From assembly GCF_009914755.1 (NCBI RefSeq), contig NC_060938.1: 64,000 nucleotides of DNA; one strand, 5' to 3'. Positions 19,545-36,538 of this stretch are shown here, one piece after another (position 1 is the stretch's first letter; each line of letters opens with the position of its first letter). The position numbers and the translations under genes are program-made. Source of the stretch: the human T2T-CHM13v2.0 reference genome, Homo sapiens. The notes below the pieces were generated by a model that did not search any database, was not told where the DNA came from, and was given only the letters and a program-made list of their open reading frames with translations.

Positions 19545-19980
19545 CATCACTTAGAACATTAGGGCAGTTTTAAAAGAAGGCACCGAATTCTTTGACACTC
19601 TTCCCATTAAGAGGTGGACTGTATGTCCTCTGCCCTTGAATTTGATAGTTCTCTTAGAATCTGGCTGACATAATGTGGGAAGGTCAAGCCACATGGAGTA
19701 GCCACAGCAACAGTCCCAGCTGAGCTCAGTCTTTGAGTCACCTCAGCCCTGGCACCAGACATGCCAGTGAAGGAAATTGCAGATAATCCCAACCCCCAGG
19801 CATTGAGTCATCCCAGACTCCAGATCTTCCCAGCTGACGCCCCAGACATCACAGAACAGAGACAACCTATCCCCACCATTCCCTGTTCAAATTAATGATC
19901 CATAAAACCTATGCTCATAATAAAAAGATTGTTGCTTTATGCCACTTAGTTTTGGGGTGTTTTGTCACGCAGTAACTGAA
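19545..19980 (+). mobile_element. MLT1 MaLR LTR
   Basis: 3' end ...TGCTTTATGCCACTTAGTTTTGGGGTGTTTTGTCACGCAG... Confidence 0.7.
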
Positions 19981-20421
19981 ATAATTACTAACATGTTTTC
20001 TCAAGAAATATGTATTAAAATGCAAACACATTACTTGGATGAACTCTTTCAGATGAACACACACAATCAGTGTATCTAGCAGACAACAAAGCAGGGAAAT
20101 GAGCCATGAGATGCTCTCCCGTTTCACTGACGTGAAAGCATCACTGGGAAAGGCAACCTAAGATGCTTCCAGAAAGCTGGAATTGAAAGATGGCCACACC
20201 TTGAAGACAGCATGGCTAAAAGAGAAAGACATGCCTCAAAAAGGACGGATGAGGCCAGAGAGCAAACCCAGATTCATTTTCTTCACAACTGTGCTTAAGT
20301 CTGGCTCAAAAGTCCCTCCACTCTCTCACTAACCGCAAAGGTGTTTATTTATGCCAGTTTATAAATGTCTAATGTTAAAAATCACCTGGGAATAATACAG
20401 GAACAAGCGCCAAGGGTAATT

Positions 20422-20721
<300 letters not shown>

Positions 20722-21765
20722 GCACCAAGGGTAATTCTTACCAGCAGACCAGTTTGGAAAATGCTAGATTATATATTTTTTTAATTAAATACAAAACAAA
20801 ATAGCAACTGCACCAACCCTTTCCTCACAAGAGTCACAGTCCTGTGGTGAGAATGGGGTTAATACATGAGCTTTACGTTCTGACGGCCTTGAACCTTGAG
20901 AATGTAAACCCCAGCTAAGTCCAATTACAACGATGTGGGGGGAGGAAATGGAAAATAATGGAATTCACTAGCTAATTGGATACTATTAATTATATTAAAT
21001 ATTTTAAATGGAATTATCTTCTATGAGGAATATTTTAATTGACAAAATATAAAATAGGAGGGATATTAGGTTAAATATTCATGGCCTTATTCAAGCTATT
21101 AATGGTGCCAATAAAAATGATGGAGCAAGACATGGAACCTGGACTCTCTGGGATTCAGAAAAGAGCAGAGAATGCCACACTAATGCCACGAATTCATTCT
21201 ATTTTAGTAACTAACACTGATGTCTACATGTTCCCAGCCTGACCACCACCCCCCTCACCCCATTGTTCTCAGAAGTGATTTGAATCTGATTTCACATTGT
21301 TAATATCAACACTTGAGTTTTCTTTCCAAGAATCAATTTACAGTCTTCTAAAGACACTGGAGTGGCGGGGGATGGGGGGAAATGTTGTCAGTCATGAATT
21401 CCCAATGTAACTGGTTATGACTCTGAGGTCTGCATCATTATCAGATTTTCATGATACTGATGTTGATTCATATCAGTGAGCAGTTTATCAGTCCCCAAAC
21501 TCTAGTCCCCACAGCAGCTGATAGCAAAGTAGTCCCCTTCGTCTCTGTTCTACTTCATTTCTCTTGCCTCTTGAGACCCTTTCATAGTCACATGGTGGCA
21601 TGTTGCAGAGTAAAATTGACATCTCTCTCTGATTCCAAGAGTTTGCATGTATTGTGATGGATAGAATAAAATGACTGTGGAAATAGCATTTGTACTACTG
21701 GATACTGGAATTCCAAGGAGTTCCTATAACACAGGCTTAGAAGCCTAATATCCATCCCTCCTTAG

Positions 21766-22101
<336 letters not shown>

Positions 22102-23021
22102 TAAGTGGCAGGGACCCGGCATAAGTGACAAAAGACCTTGGTGGAAGTGGAATTCATTTCTTGGTTTTGGGGAAGATGCTTCCTGGTTTGAAAACCAGGT
22201 GGAGAGGAAATTGGAAGCATCCATATGAAACAGGAAATCCATGGGACACAGTGACCCTGCGGACCCAAAGTGGGTGCAGCTGAGAAATAAGGCAATTGCT
22301 GCTGGATAGCGGTAGAGCAGAGGAGGTGACAGATGGCACAGGAGAGAGAAACACAACCAGATCTCATAGAATCTTGTAGAGGTTATGTAGATATGATGTC
22401 CGGTTTCCAGGTACAATTCAGAATTAGATACTGCAACACATATTAGACCCCAGACACCACAACCATGAGAACAGACTTATAAACAACACAAACAGTTGGG
22501 TTACCTGATTGGTTTGGGCCTTGCAAATGTCATAGCTCCCTGGTTACATGCCTGCAGGCTTTGGAGTCAGCTGGGTTTATACCGCAGCTCTGCCATTTTT
22601 CAAGCTGTGTTATCCCAGCCTAGTTACTTAACCACTCTGAGTCTTTGGGAATGGAGATCCTAATACTAACATTCATAGCAGTTTTGAGAAGATTAAATGA
22701 GAAACTGAATGGAAAACACTGGAATGGAATGGCCTGGAATATTATAAGATCTTCATTAATATTAACTATGATATACAGTATGTGCACATCAGGCTGCTTA
22801 TGAGCCTGCGAAGGAGGAATTGCCTTCATTTTCTCTCCAGGCTTTCTCTGATTCTTTTACTTTTTTGCTTTTACTCTGCATTATTTCCCCCATTGTGTCT
22901 TGTACAATCTCCTGTTCTCCTAATCCACCTTCATCATCTCTATTCAGTCCTCCTCAGCTTCTATGTATTTAGTGATTGACTTACTACACACATAATTGCA
23001 GTCAGGAAAATATCAGATCTA

Positions 23022-23462
<441 letters not shown>

Positions 23463-23859
23463 CTACACTGATGCCATGCGGCATTGAGAAGGACTGGACA
23501 AGGGCTGGGTGGGAGGCTTAAGTGGACCTCAGGGGCAGGGTCTAGATTTTTCCCTAGCCTCCAGTTGAGAAGAGCAAGTCCATTGGACATTTTAAGCAGA
23601 ACCCAAGAGATCACTCAAACTCTGCTCAGCAGCTGAGGCAAGTTAAAGAATCCCTTTTGTTGTGAGTCTGGTGAGCAAGGAAAAAACTAAATCTTATTTC
23701 CACAAGCATGCCTGTATGGTAGTGTCCATTTGTTCATTTGTTAAACAGATATTTACTGAGCACCTTCTATGTGCCTGGCTGTTGTAAATAGAACAGACAA
23801 GAATTCCCTCTTGTATTTTGCTTACTGTCTAATGGAGGAAGTCAGAAAATAAACAGGCT

Positions 23860-23990
23860 GGCCGGGGGCAGTGGCTCACTTCTGTAATCCTAGCACTTTG
23901 GGAGGCAGAGGTGGGCGGATCACTTGAGGTCAAGAGTTCAAGCCCAGCCTGGCCAACATGGTGAAACCCTGTATCTACTAAAAATACATA
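23860..23990 (+). mobile_element. Alu left monomer (3'-truncated)
   Basis: GGCCGGGGGCAGTGGCTCAC...CTACTAAAAATACA. Confidence 0.9.
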
Positions 23991-24269
23991 AATGTTTTAT
24001 TTTTAAAATATTCAGTTTGAAACTAAATAATGATGAGTAGAGGCAGCCATGGGTTTTTCAGGCAATGGGAACATAGGGTTTTAGAGCTTTGAATAGGAAT
24101 AATAATAACAATAACCACCATATGGCACTCACAAAGCTGCAGGTGCTATTGTAAGAGCCTTAAAAAGATAAATTCATTGAATCCTTTAATAACCCTATAT
24201 GAAATAGTCACTCCCATTGTCCCATGTTACAAATGAGTTAACCAAACTTCATGGGCCTACCCAAGCTAG

Positions 24270-24620
<351 letters not shown>

Positions 24621-24838
24621 ACTTTTTTTTTTTTAATCACTGTTCTTGAAGTGGTTGCAGAAGAGAAATAAGACCAATGCCACTGGAGCACAGTAGGGGA
24701 GGGGAGGTCATAGGAATGATGTCACAGAAACAGGCCTGCCTGGATCCTGTAGAACCTTATAGAATTATGTACATCATAGTAAGTAGTTTGCACATTTTCA
24801 TAAATGTGGGAACCATTCGTGGGTTTTAAACAAGCATT

Positions 24839-26585
<1,747 letters not shown>

Positions 26586-28535
26586 GTTAACACTACACTA
26601 CTCACAATGGTAGGGGAACTTACAAAATAATAGTTTCTTGAATATGCATTCCAATCCCATGACACCCCCAACACATAGCTGCCCTCACTCTTGTGCAGGC
26701 GATGTTTCAATGTTTCATGGGGCAAGAGTTTATCTCTGGAGAGTGATTAGTATTAACCTAATCATTGCCCCCAAGAAGGAAGTTAGGCTACCAGCATATT
26801 TGAATGCCAGGTGAAATCAAAATAATCTATACTATCTAGAAGACTTTCTTGATGCCAAGTCCAGAGATGTCATTGTGTAGGATGTTCAGTAAATATTAAC
26901 TGAGCTATGTCAATATAGAGCTTCTCAGTTTTGTATAACATTTCATACTAAAGATTCAGCAAATGGAAAATGCTATTAATTTGGTTGGTGACCACAAGAT
27001 AAAATCAGTCCCACGTTGGCTCAGTTCAACTAGATGTTCCCTGATACAAAGAGAACTTGATTTCCTTAAAACTGAAAAGCCAAACACAGCTAGCTGTCAT
27101 ACAAGAAACAGCTATTATGAGACATGAAGGAGGGTAAGAATTAGCTTTAAGTTTTGTTTTGCTTTGTTTTGTTTTTTAACTCAACCTATTAATCATCTCT
27201 TCACAAGAATCCACCTGATGTGACCAAGCTATTATGTGTTGCCTGGAAAAACTGGCAAGATTTCAGCTTATGTGGCCTAGCAAACTAAGAATTGCTCTTC
27301 TTGGCCAGCCTCATAGCATAAAAGATGTGAACTCTAGGAAGTCTTTCTGAGTAGCAATAAGTGGGAATTATGGGCAGAGCACACTCAATCCCCTGTTGAT
27401 TAATAAAACAGGCTGGACACTAATTAACTATGGGACTTAAATCTGTAGAAATGAAGGAGTCCAATAGCTTCTTCCAATTTTAAAACTCTAGTACATCCCT
27501 TTCCCTCAAATATATATTTCTAAGATAAAGAGAAAGAAGAGCACTAAGTAAGTAGAATCTGTTTTTCCTATTTTGTAGGGCTGCTGACTCCTAGTCCTTG
27601 AAGCCTAGACACATGACCCAGGAAATTTTTCCTTTGTTTCACTTTTGATTATGATGTCTGAGCCAAAAATTCAATTAAGTAAACATACTCGCCTGGATCT
27701 GAATCATTCATTTAATTACTAGATCTACCCAGCTGTAATTATCAGGCCAAAAACAGATTCGTGTTTATATAAAAGAGTAAACGATGGTTGCAAATTTTGG
27801 CTATTTACAGTTGCTACTTCACTATGAAGAGTCACTTCAAAACACTTCGCTTGTCTTTAGGGATGATTTTTGCCATTTCCAGTCCACGGTATGATACTAA
27901 AGCTGTCAAGAGAGGTTTCTTCTTTTCTGAAACTGCCAGCTCTTTCCAGCCCTGTTGATCACTGGACATAAAGCTTCTTTTCCCCAATAATTCTTCTTTA
28001 CTCAAAATAGTCAGGATCTTTATCTACAGATGTACTCTCCAGGTTACCTGTGATGATAGCCCCCTAATGTCCTGCTAGAAAAGTCTCCAAGCAGAGATGA
28101 CATTACTTCTGAATGCTCATAAACCACACCATGAAATAAAAGCTCTTTGTTGTTTTAAGATTGTGAAGTGTCGTTAATGGGTCCCCACAGATGGTCCCTG
28201 CTGGACTCACCTGGAATCTCTCCACAGCCATACCCACTCATCACTATCATTGAGACCTGCACATCTTAATAGAAATATTATAAACATCGAAAATCATGAC
28301 TTACCTAGAAGTTCGCTTGTAACTAATGAAATTAAACAAATGTGTTGCCTTTTGTCATGTGTTTCTCTCCTGTGACATTTCAAAATATCACATCTTGATA
28401 AATAATGTGTTTCATCTTGAATAGCTGAACTAATTGCTTTGGAAACAGAGTCCTAGAAAAGTGACTTCAACAGAATTGTTACTAAAATTTGCACTCACAA
28501 CATGAAATAAATTTTCTTCCTATGGAATAATCGTG
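26586..28535 (+). other. TSHR: TSHR 3'UTR (~1.95 kb)
   Basis: Unique AT-rich sequence after the stop; (GTTTT)n at ~27151-27177; end inferred from the distal poly(A) signal. Confidence 0.8.
28506..28511 (+). terminator. TSHR: TSHR distal polyadenylation signal (alternatives at 27402-27407 and 28135-28140)
   Basis: AATAAA followed ~35 nt later by GU/U-rich GTGTTGTTCTTTTTTGTT. Confidence 0.75.
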
Positions 28536-29359
28536 CCAAGTCCTAGAGTGTTGTTCTTTTTTGTTAATCTGTGAGTTTCTTTCGGGGTTACTATTGTATG
28601 TGTTAAAACTGAAGACAAGAAAACTAATTGGCACATTTGCTAATGAATCCATATTAATAAATAAGTTGTTGACTGTCAATTAATAACTTAAATATAACAT
28701 TGTGTCTTGATCAAAAGTGGTCTTTATGTGGAAAAACTTACTCCTGGTGAACTGAATTATGATTAATTGACAGGGATCACTAAGAGAAAAAACAATAAAA
28801 CCAAATATATCAAGCAAATGATTGGTATTGACACTAGAAATTTAAATAGTGTGCTAATGAAGACAATAAACCTCTAAGGCCTCAGAGGCCTTATTATTAT
28901 TCAGAGCTCATGTTATCTAGCACCTTTCAATTATCTGAAGATAAACCCAAATCATTGAGGATAAATGGCCACAGACTAGTCGCAGTGGAGGTCACACAAT
29001 TCATTCTCTAAAGCTCATGCATGTTTGTCAAAAGGCTGTCTCTTAAAACACCCCCAAAGTTTATTGACTCTTGCTTTAAGGATAATCTACTGCATCAAAG
29101 AAGCAGCCAATGAGGAGAGGGTCTTACAGGGCAGCACCATGAGAGTGGCAATAAAGTAAAAGTCAGGGCAAAAAGAAGAAAACTATAACCACAATACTTT
29201 TTTAAAACAATAGAAGTTTGAGAACAAATGCTCCTACTTTAGGAGAAAACTGTTTCATAACATAATTGAGTGATTCTCATTCATTCTGAGTACCTAAAGG
29301 GTGCCAGAGAAACTTGTTGGCATCACTGCATTCTGTTTTAAAAGCTATAAAAGTTCCAG

Positions 29360-31230
29360 CTCCAAGTGGTAGACTGACTTTCTTTCAAATCCCACTGACA
29401 TGACAGGGAAGAAATTTAAAATGAGACCAAGCCAAAACTGCATGGTGAACAGGAGAAATAGAACCACCAGCAAAGCAAACGTGTTGATAGCTTTCTGAAA
29501 GATGGAAGGTGTATGGCCTTGAGTTGATGGTAACTAACTGTACAGGAGGTTACAGCCTAGAACACTGACAGGATAAGGCTGCAGCTACAGAAGAATATAC
29601 TTCCCTGCAGAGTCCCAGTGAGCCTGCCAAGCCTGAAGGTTACAGGACTGAGGGTTAATTAGGGCAATTAATTGAAAGTCTGTGTCACTTGGACCCTCCA
29701 ATCTGCCATCACTCCATTCATAGAATAACTGACATATGCAGTGTTTGCTGCAATTAATATCTCAAAGAAAGTGAATGATTCCTGTAAACAGGGAACTCCT
29801 CCCACTGGCCCACTTCCTGCCCTCACACATAAGTGAAGCCTGATCATTGAGGCGTTACCATCAGCACCCCCCACCACCCCCACCTGAAGTCAGGGAGAAA
29901 CATCTTGGGGAAAATGATCTATACAATCTGCTGACATTAGCTATTCTCATTCTTCACTCAAAAATATAAAGAAGACACAATAATTGCCAGACATTTGAGA
30001 GAAATAAACTGCACATCAATAGCACACAGACACAGAGACACACACACACACACAAGGCCAGAATGTACAAAAGAACATTTCTCCAGAGAAAATAGATCAT
30101 TCATAAACAGAATATTGTTGTTTAATTTCACTTAATAACTTCAGAGAAATTGGAGAGAATGTCAGACCCAAAAACAATCAAAATTACTATTAAAACAATA
30201 GTAGTAATCAAAAATTAGAAAGAGTTTTGGAAAATTTTAAATGAGATTGCCAAAGCAAGAGCTTTACCAGAAGGAGTGGAAGTTAAAGTGAGGAAATTTC
30301 TTGGGATGTTGAACAAGTAAACAAAGGTGTGAAATATAAGACAAAAGTTAAAAGATGCAGAGGATCCGTCTCCAGGCCAAACATCTGTCCAAGAGGAGTC
30401 CTGAGGAAAACGTAGAAGGCATAATCATCAAGGAAACAGAAGGAGAAAATTTTCCAAAGCTGGTAAAGATTGATAGTGTCCACTTAGTGCAAAAGGTGAT
30501 GAATGAAAAGGCACATGGGCAGAACAGCACTTATAAAATGTCAGAACACCAAAAGTAAAAGGCAAACCTTAAATGCTTGAGGGAGAATCAAGAAAGAAAA
30601 GTAGACATTGGAAAAGATATTAATAACAGTATAAACTAGAAGACAACAGAGCGACATCATCAATGCCTCCAGAATAAAAAAAAAAAATACTGGAGTTGAA
30701 GATCTGAATATAACCTTTCATCCCCCAGAAACTTAGCCACTAATAGCCTACTGATCGCTAGAAGCCTTACCAATAACGTAAACAGTTGATTAACACATAT
30801 TTTGTATATGTATAACATACTATGTTCTTACAATAAAGCGAGTTAGAGAAAAGAAAATGTTATTAAGAAAATCATAAGGACAGAAAATATATTTACTATT
30901 AATTAAGTGGAAGTGGATCACCATAAAGGTCTTCATCGTCTTCACACTGAGCAGGCTGAGGAGGAGGAGGAAGAGGAGGGGTTGGTCTTGCTGTCTCAGG
31001 GGTAGCAGAGGTAGAAAAAAATCTGCCTGTAAGTAGACCCACGCAGTTCAAACCCGTATTGTTCAAAGGTCACTTGTAATTTCCTAATCTTCATTATATG
31101 CAGCCAAAAGATATGATGTCTAAATATTTATCGTTCAGAAAACAAGTACATAAGTATATTATACAATTACAGTGACTAAAATCAGAAAATAGCTTGAAGT
31201 GGTTTTCTCTGGAATTTGGACTTAGGGATT
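29360..31230 (+). mobile_element. Old HAL1/L1M-like element
   Basis: ORF1-like remnant (IIKETEGENFPKL in ORF 30355) and HAL1-like 3' part. Boundaries approximate. Confidence 0.5.
30688..31077. mobile_element. Tigger2a/MER28 DNA transposon
   Basis: CTAATAGCCTACTG...GAAGCCTTACCAATAAC and a TIR-like end ACGCAGTTCAAACCCGTATTGTTCAAAGGTCA. Confidence 0.8.
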
Positions 31231-31233
31231 GAG

Positions 31234-31735
31234 TGATATCAGGACTGAGTTATGTCTCCCCTAAATTTATATGCTGAAGCCCTAACTCCCAATGTGACTA
31301 TATTTGGAGGTAGGGCCTTTAAGGAAGCAATTAAGGTTAAATGGTATCACAAGGGTGGGGCTTTAAACCAGTAGGGCTATCGTCCTTAAGAGGATGAATA
31401 CCCCAATTACCCTGATGTGATTATTACACATTGCATGCCTGTATCAAAACATCGCATGTACCCCATAAATATATATATATGTTATGTACCCATAATAATT
31501 GAAAATAAAAATTTTTTAAAAAAAGAAAGAAGAGCTGTCCCTCCTCCCCACTCCCATGCACACAGCAAGAAGGCAGATGTCTACAAGTCAAGAAGAGAAG
31601 GCTCCCCAGAAATCAACCCTCACAGGACATTGATCTTGAACTTCTAACTTCCAGAACTGTAAGAAAATATATTTCTGTTGTTTAAGTCACCCAGTCTGTG
31701 GTATTTTGTTATGGCAGCCCAAGCAGACTAATACA
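31234..31735 (+). mobile_element. MLT1A-type LTR with an inserted L1MA 3' end (~31390-31525)
   Basis: TG...CA termini (...GCAGACTAATACA); internal L1 3' motif CCCTGATGTGATTATTACACATTG. Confidence 0.8.
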
Positions 31736-32018
31736 AGTAGAAACTTTTCAACTGGTACTCTTCTGTACTGCTGATTTTTAAATATGTACATACTTTTTAA
31801 AAATATTGGATTGGAAATTATCGTAATAATATTATGCTTTAAATAATTAACAATAAAAGATGTGGCATTTAAAGAAATTCGCAGAATGGCTAATTGAGTT
31901 ATTGTGTATTTAGAGCTATACTAGGGGAGTCAGATATCAGTGATGTGACATGAATAATAATCTAGCTATTATGAAATTTAGATTTTTTTAGGATGTGATA
32001 AATCTAAGCCAGTGAGTT

Positions 32019-32464
32019 GGGGTTTTTTCCCTGTAAGTTATTGGAGTACAGGTGGTATCTGGTTACATGAATAAGTTCTTTAGTGGTGATTTGTGAAATT
32101 TTGGTGCAGCCACCACCCAAGCAGTATACACCGCACCATATTTGTAGTCTTTTTTCCCTCGCCCCCCTCCTACTCTTCTTCTCCAAGTCCCCAAAGTCCA
32201 TTGTATCACTCTTATGCCTCTGCGTCCTCACAGCTCGGCTCCCACGTATCAGTGAGAACATATGATGTTTGATTTTCCATTCCTGAGTCACATCATTTAG
32301 AATAATAGCCTCCAATTTCATCCAGCTTACTGCAAGTGCTGTTAATTCATTCCTTTTTATGGCTGTGTAGTATTCCATCATATATATGTACCAGTTTCTT
32401 TATTCACTAGTTGATTGATGGGCTTTTGGTTTGGTTCCACAATTTTGCAATTTTGAATTGCGCT
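32019..32464 (-). mobile_element. 5'-truncated L1PB-type element
   Basis: ORF 32004-32381 is the L1 ORF2 C-terminus (MEYYTAIKRNE...HHMFSLI). TSD TAAGCCAGTGAGTT at 32005-32018 and 32465-32478, followed by TT/AAA. Confidence 0.9.
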
Positions 32465-32875
32465 TAAGCCAGTGAGTTTTAAAGTGCTTATCTTGTAGCA
32501 ACATCTGGTAAGCTGAACACTAAGAAGGTGAAACCCCTGTATAATTTATTCCATTGGTCAGCATAATCATATTTTGTCAAAATACTTGTTTCCCATAAAT
32601 GCATAGCTATAAGTTGCATAAGGAAAATTAAGCAACTAATTGTTGTTCTTCATATGAATTTAGTAAGTAAAAATCTTTAAACAGAATAGAGAAAAAGTTA
32701 TTTGTATAAGCAACTTCAAATCTGTCACCCTCAATCATTTAGTATAATTTTGAAATTTCTCCTGGAAATTTAGAAATATTTTGAAGTATTCTGTTTCATT
32801 TGTTGAAGTATTTTAGATGGAGAGGGCTTAAGAAGGTAATAGCCATCATTATTTAACAACATACAATTAAAAGTC

Positions 32876-32894
32876 TATATATATATATATATAT
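32876..32894. repeat. (TA)n microsatellite
   Basis: About 9-10 TA units. Confidence 0.9.
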
Positions 32895-33024
32895 CAGTCC
32901 TATGCCTGTTAGTCTTAAAAAACAATAACATGGTTTTTTGTAATGAATTCTGAGGGGATTTCAGTCATGAAGCACTATAGAAATAGCTCCATGGTATGGA
33001 AACCATGTAATGATGTATTAATAA

Positions 33025-33325
<301 letters not shown>

Positions 33326-33340
33326 TGTAATGGGATTTTT

Positions 33341-34100
33341 TAAATTTTATATTATTTTAATTGGAAAAATCATATTCAATTTACACAGTACAATGTGATG
33401 TTTTGATGTATGTATACATGGGAAGTGGTTAAATCAAGCTAATAAACATATTCATCACTTCACTTATTTGACATTTTTTGTGTTGATACATTTGAAATTT
33501 ACTCTCTTACTTATTTTGAAATATACAATGCTTTATCATTGACTATAGTTACCCTGCTGTGCAAGAGATAGCAAAACTTATTTCTCCTGCCTAGCTGAAA
33601 CTTTGTACCCTTTGACTAGTAACTCCCCATTCCCGCTCCCTCCGCCCTTTTCCCCCTAGCCTCTGGTAACCATCATTCTAGTCTCTACCTGTATCAATTC
33701 AAGTTTTTTCAGATTCCACATGTAAGTGAGATCATGTACTATTTGTCTTTCTGTTCCTGGCTTATTTCACTTAGCATAATGTCTTCTAGATGTACCCTGT
33801 TGTCTCAAATGACAGGATTTTGCTCTTTTTTAAGCCTGAACAGTATTTCATTGTGTAAAGATTAAAGATAGCAAGTGTTGGTGAGGATACAGAGAAAAAG
33901 GAACCCTAGTACACTGTTGGTAGGAATCTAAATCAGTACAGTCATTATGGAAAATAGTATGGAGTTTCCTCAAAAAACTAAAAACAAAACTACCATATGA
34001 TCCAGTAATCCCATTTCTGGAATATATTGGAAGGACTTGATATCAGCATGTCAAAGGTGTATCTGCACTCCTATGTTCATTGCAGCATTATTTACAATAA
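33341..34100 (-). mobile_element. L1MA-type element with 5' inversion (twin priming)
   Basis: The antisense 3' end (33341-33856) is joined to a sense ORF2-end segment (33857-34100). Confidence 0.8.
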
Positions 34101-34146
34101 TGAGGTTTAAACACAGAATTCTAGTCATTAGGAAATTTGCTGTCAA

Positions 34147-34460
34147 GGCTGGGCGCAGTGGCTCACGCCTGTAATCCCAGTACTTTGGGAGGCTGAGGCA
34201 GACAGATCACTTGAGGTCAGGAGTTCGAGACCAGCCTGGCCAACATGGTAAAACCCCCGTCTCTACTAAAAATACAAAAAATTAACCAAGCATGGTAGCA
34301 CATGCCTATAATTCCACCTACTCAGGAGGCTGAGGCACAAGAATAGCTTGAACCTGGGAGGCAGAAGTTCCAGTGAGCCAAGATCATGCAACTGCACTCT
34401 AGCCTGGGTGACAGAGTGAGACTCCATCAGAATAAAAATAAAAATAATAAAAAACAAAAA
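34147..34460 (+). mobile_element. Alu (AluS)
   Basis: TSD GAAATTTGCTGTCAA at 34132-34146 and 34461-34475. Confidence 0.95.
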
Positions 34461-36249
34461 GAAATTTGCTGTCAAGAGTAGCACTATCTATCTGCCTATT
34501 GGAAGGGAAATATTTTGACAAAAATCTCTTCATAACTTATTCCTTCCTGTGACTCAATTTTCTCTTTCACCATAGACACTGCAATTTAAAGATTGACCTC
34601 AAGGGCAGCTGCAAAAAATCCAAGCCTCAATTCTCTAGGAGAATTTTCAAGTTGCTCAGCAAGAGCTATATTAAAGAAATGAGGTAAAAGTTTGAGAAAA
34701 ACAAGACTAATACCACCTCTGTTTCTTTTCAGCAAATCCCAGGTTTAAATTTTATTACATTCCATTTCAGTTCCCCTGACATCATATGAAAAAGACTTCT
34801 GGAATGATAGAGGACAAATGGAGACACTTACAAACTAGATATTGACACATGATTTGTAGATCTGTGGGAATATGGGACTCCTATGATTTGTTATTAACAA
34901 CAAAGAGAACCATTTCACACTATTTGCTCTCAAATATTTTTCTGATTTCTCAAAGTGTTCTTCAAACACTCTGACAGGAAGGAAACTAGGGGAAGTATTA
35001 ATAGCTTCAGCAAATGTTGGAGAAATGAGATTCCCTGAGCAATCAATGCCATGGTCTGGATGAAAGAGGAGATGCCTGACCTCATACCTGTTTTCATCAT
35101 CTGCAGGCCAACTCTGTGAAAAGGAAAGAGTGAGCACACACCTTTGGCACTCAGAGGTCTTTCCAGACATCCAAGTTGCTACTTGATTTCATTTTAATTA
35201 GTACAGTTGAGCCACTCATGGGAGCAATACTTGGAGAAAGTTAAAGTATTTTCTCTTGCTTCTTTAACTATTTGCCCATCCAGCCTCTTTGGTACCCATA
35301 AATTCTCTTCAAACCCACTCACCCTGCAGCCACACCCTGTATTACATCTGGAAGAACTTCAACCTACACCAACCCCTCCATCTTATCCCAATCCCAATAT
35401 ACTTTGTCCAACCTATTCCATTCTGTCCCTGTCCAACTCCTAAAAAGTGTACTGTAGTTTCTATGCCCCCATTGCCAACATCAAAAGGGGGAAAAGGGCC
35501 AGTGGTGGTTGATGCTGCATCTAGGATATATTGAGAAACTTTTTAACAATCATCATCATAGATAGGATATGAAACAGAGAATAGGTGCAGAGTATAGTGG
35601 TAGGAAAGTTTGAGTGATTCAGGATTAGAGATGGTAATTACACAGAATGAGAAAGAAACCTGTGGCTGGTGCTGCTTTTCATCTGTCCCAGTCAGCTGAA
35701 AAGGAAATGTAGGGGCTAAGAATTTCATACTTACATAGCTAACTCTTAGAGCAATTGCTTAGTATTATCCACGAGTTCTAGAGAAAGGTTCTATAACTTT
35801 TTGGTAAGTTAACAACAACCACAACAAAATCAGCGGTTGAAAGAAATGTCCAGAAACATCTAATTCACTTATTTTCTTAAGTTTTTATTGAACAAACCTT
35901 CTCAAATATGCCTAAGGCAATCTTCACCTTTGTCTTATACAAAGTACTTTTATGTACATCTCTTAAGATGTCTTAAATTAAATAACAATTAATTGAAAAA
36001 CAAAGCTGAAGTCATTCATTTATTCAAAATCTGAGCACAGAGAGACACCAGCAGGCTGGAAAATCAGTAGATTGTCTAATGTTGGTCTTAATTCCACAGG
36101 GATGTTTGGAAACGTATTTTGAAAAGTCTGCTGAGAACCTGATTACTGTTTCTATGATTCTGTCTTTTCAATTACAAAGTCCTCTGAGAGCTGCCAACAA
36201 AAGGTTAAATTGAAAGTTGTAAGTTGAATGACTTATCAGCCACTGATTT

Positions 36250-36538
36250 GACTGGGTGTGGTGGCTCCTACCTGTAATCCCAGCACTTTAGAAGGCTGCG
36301 GCGGGCAGATCGCTTGAGTCCAGGAGTTTGAAACCAGCCTAGGCGACATGGCAAAACCCCATTTCTACAAAAAATAAAAATAAAAAGCCAGGTGTAGTGG
36401 CACTTACCTGTAGTCCCAACCACTAAGGAGGCTGAGGCAGAAGGGGAGGCAGAGATTGCAGTGAGCCAAGATGGCGCCACTGCACTCCAGCCTGGGCAAC
36501 AAAGCAAGACCCTGTCTCTAAAAAAATAAATAAATAAA
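36250..36538 (+). mobile_element. AluJ with a small right-arm deletion
   Basis: Dimer lacking ~20 nt between GAGGCAG repeats; TSD CCA(C/T)TGATTT. Confidence 0.9.

Noticed and set aside
20122-20137. Palindromic TTTCAC-TGAC-GTGAAA with a CRE-like core
   Set aside because: A single short motif is not distinguishable from chance
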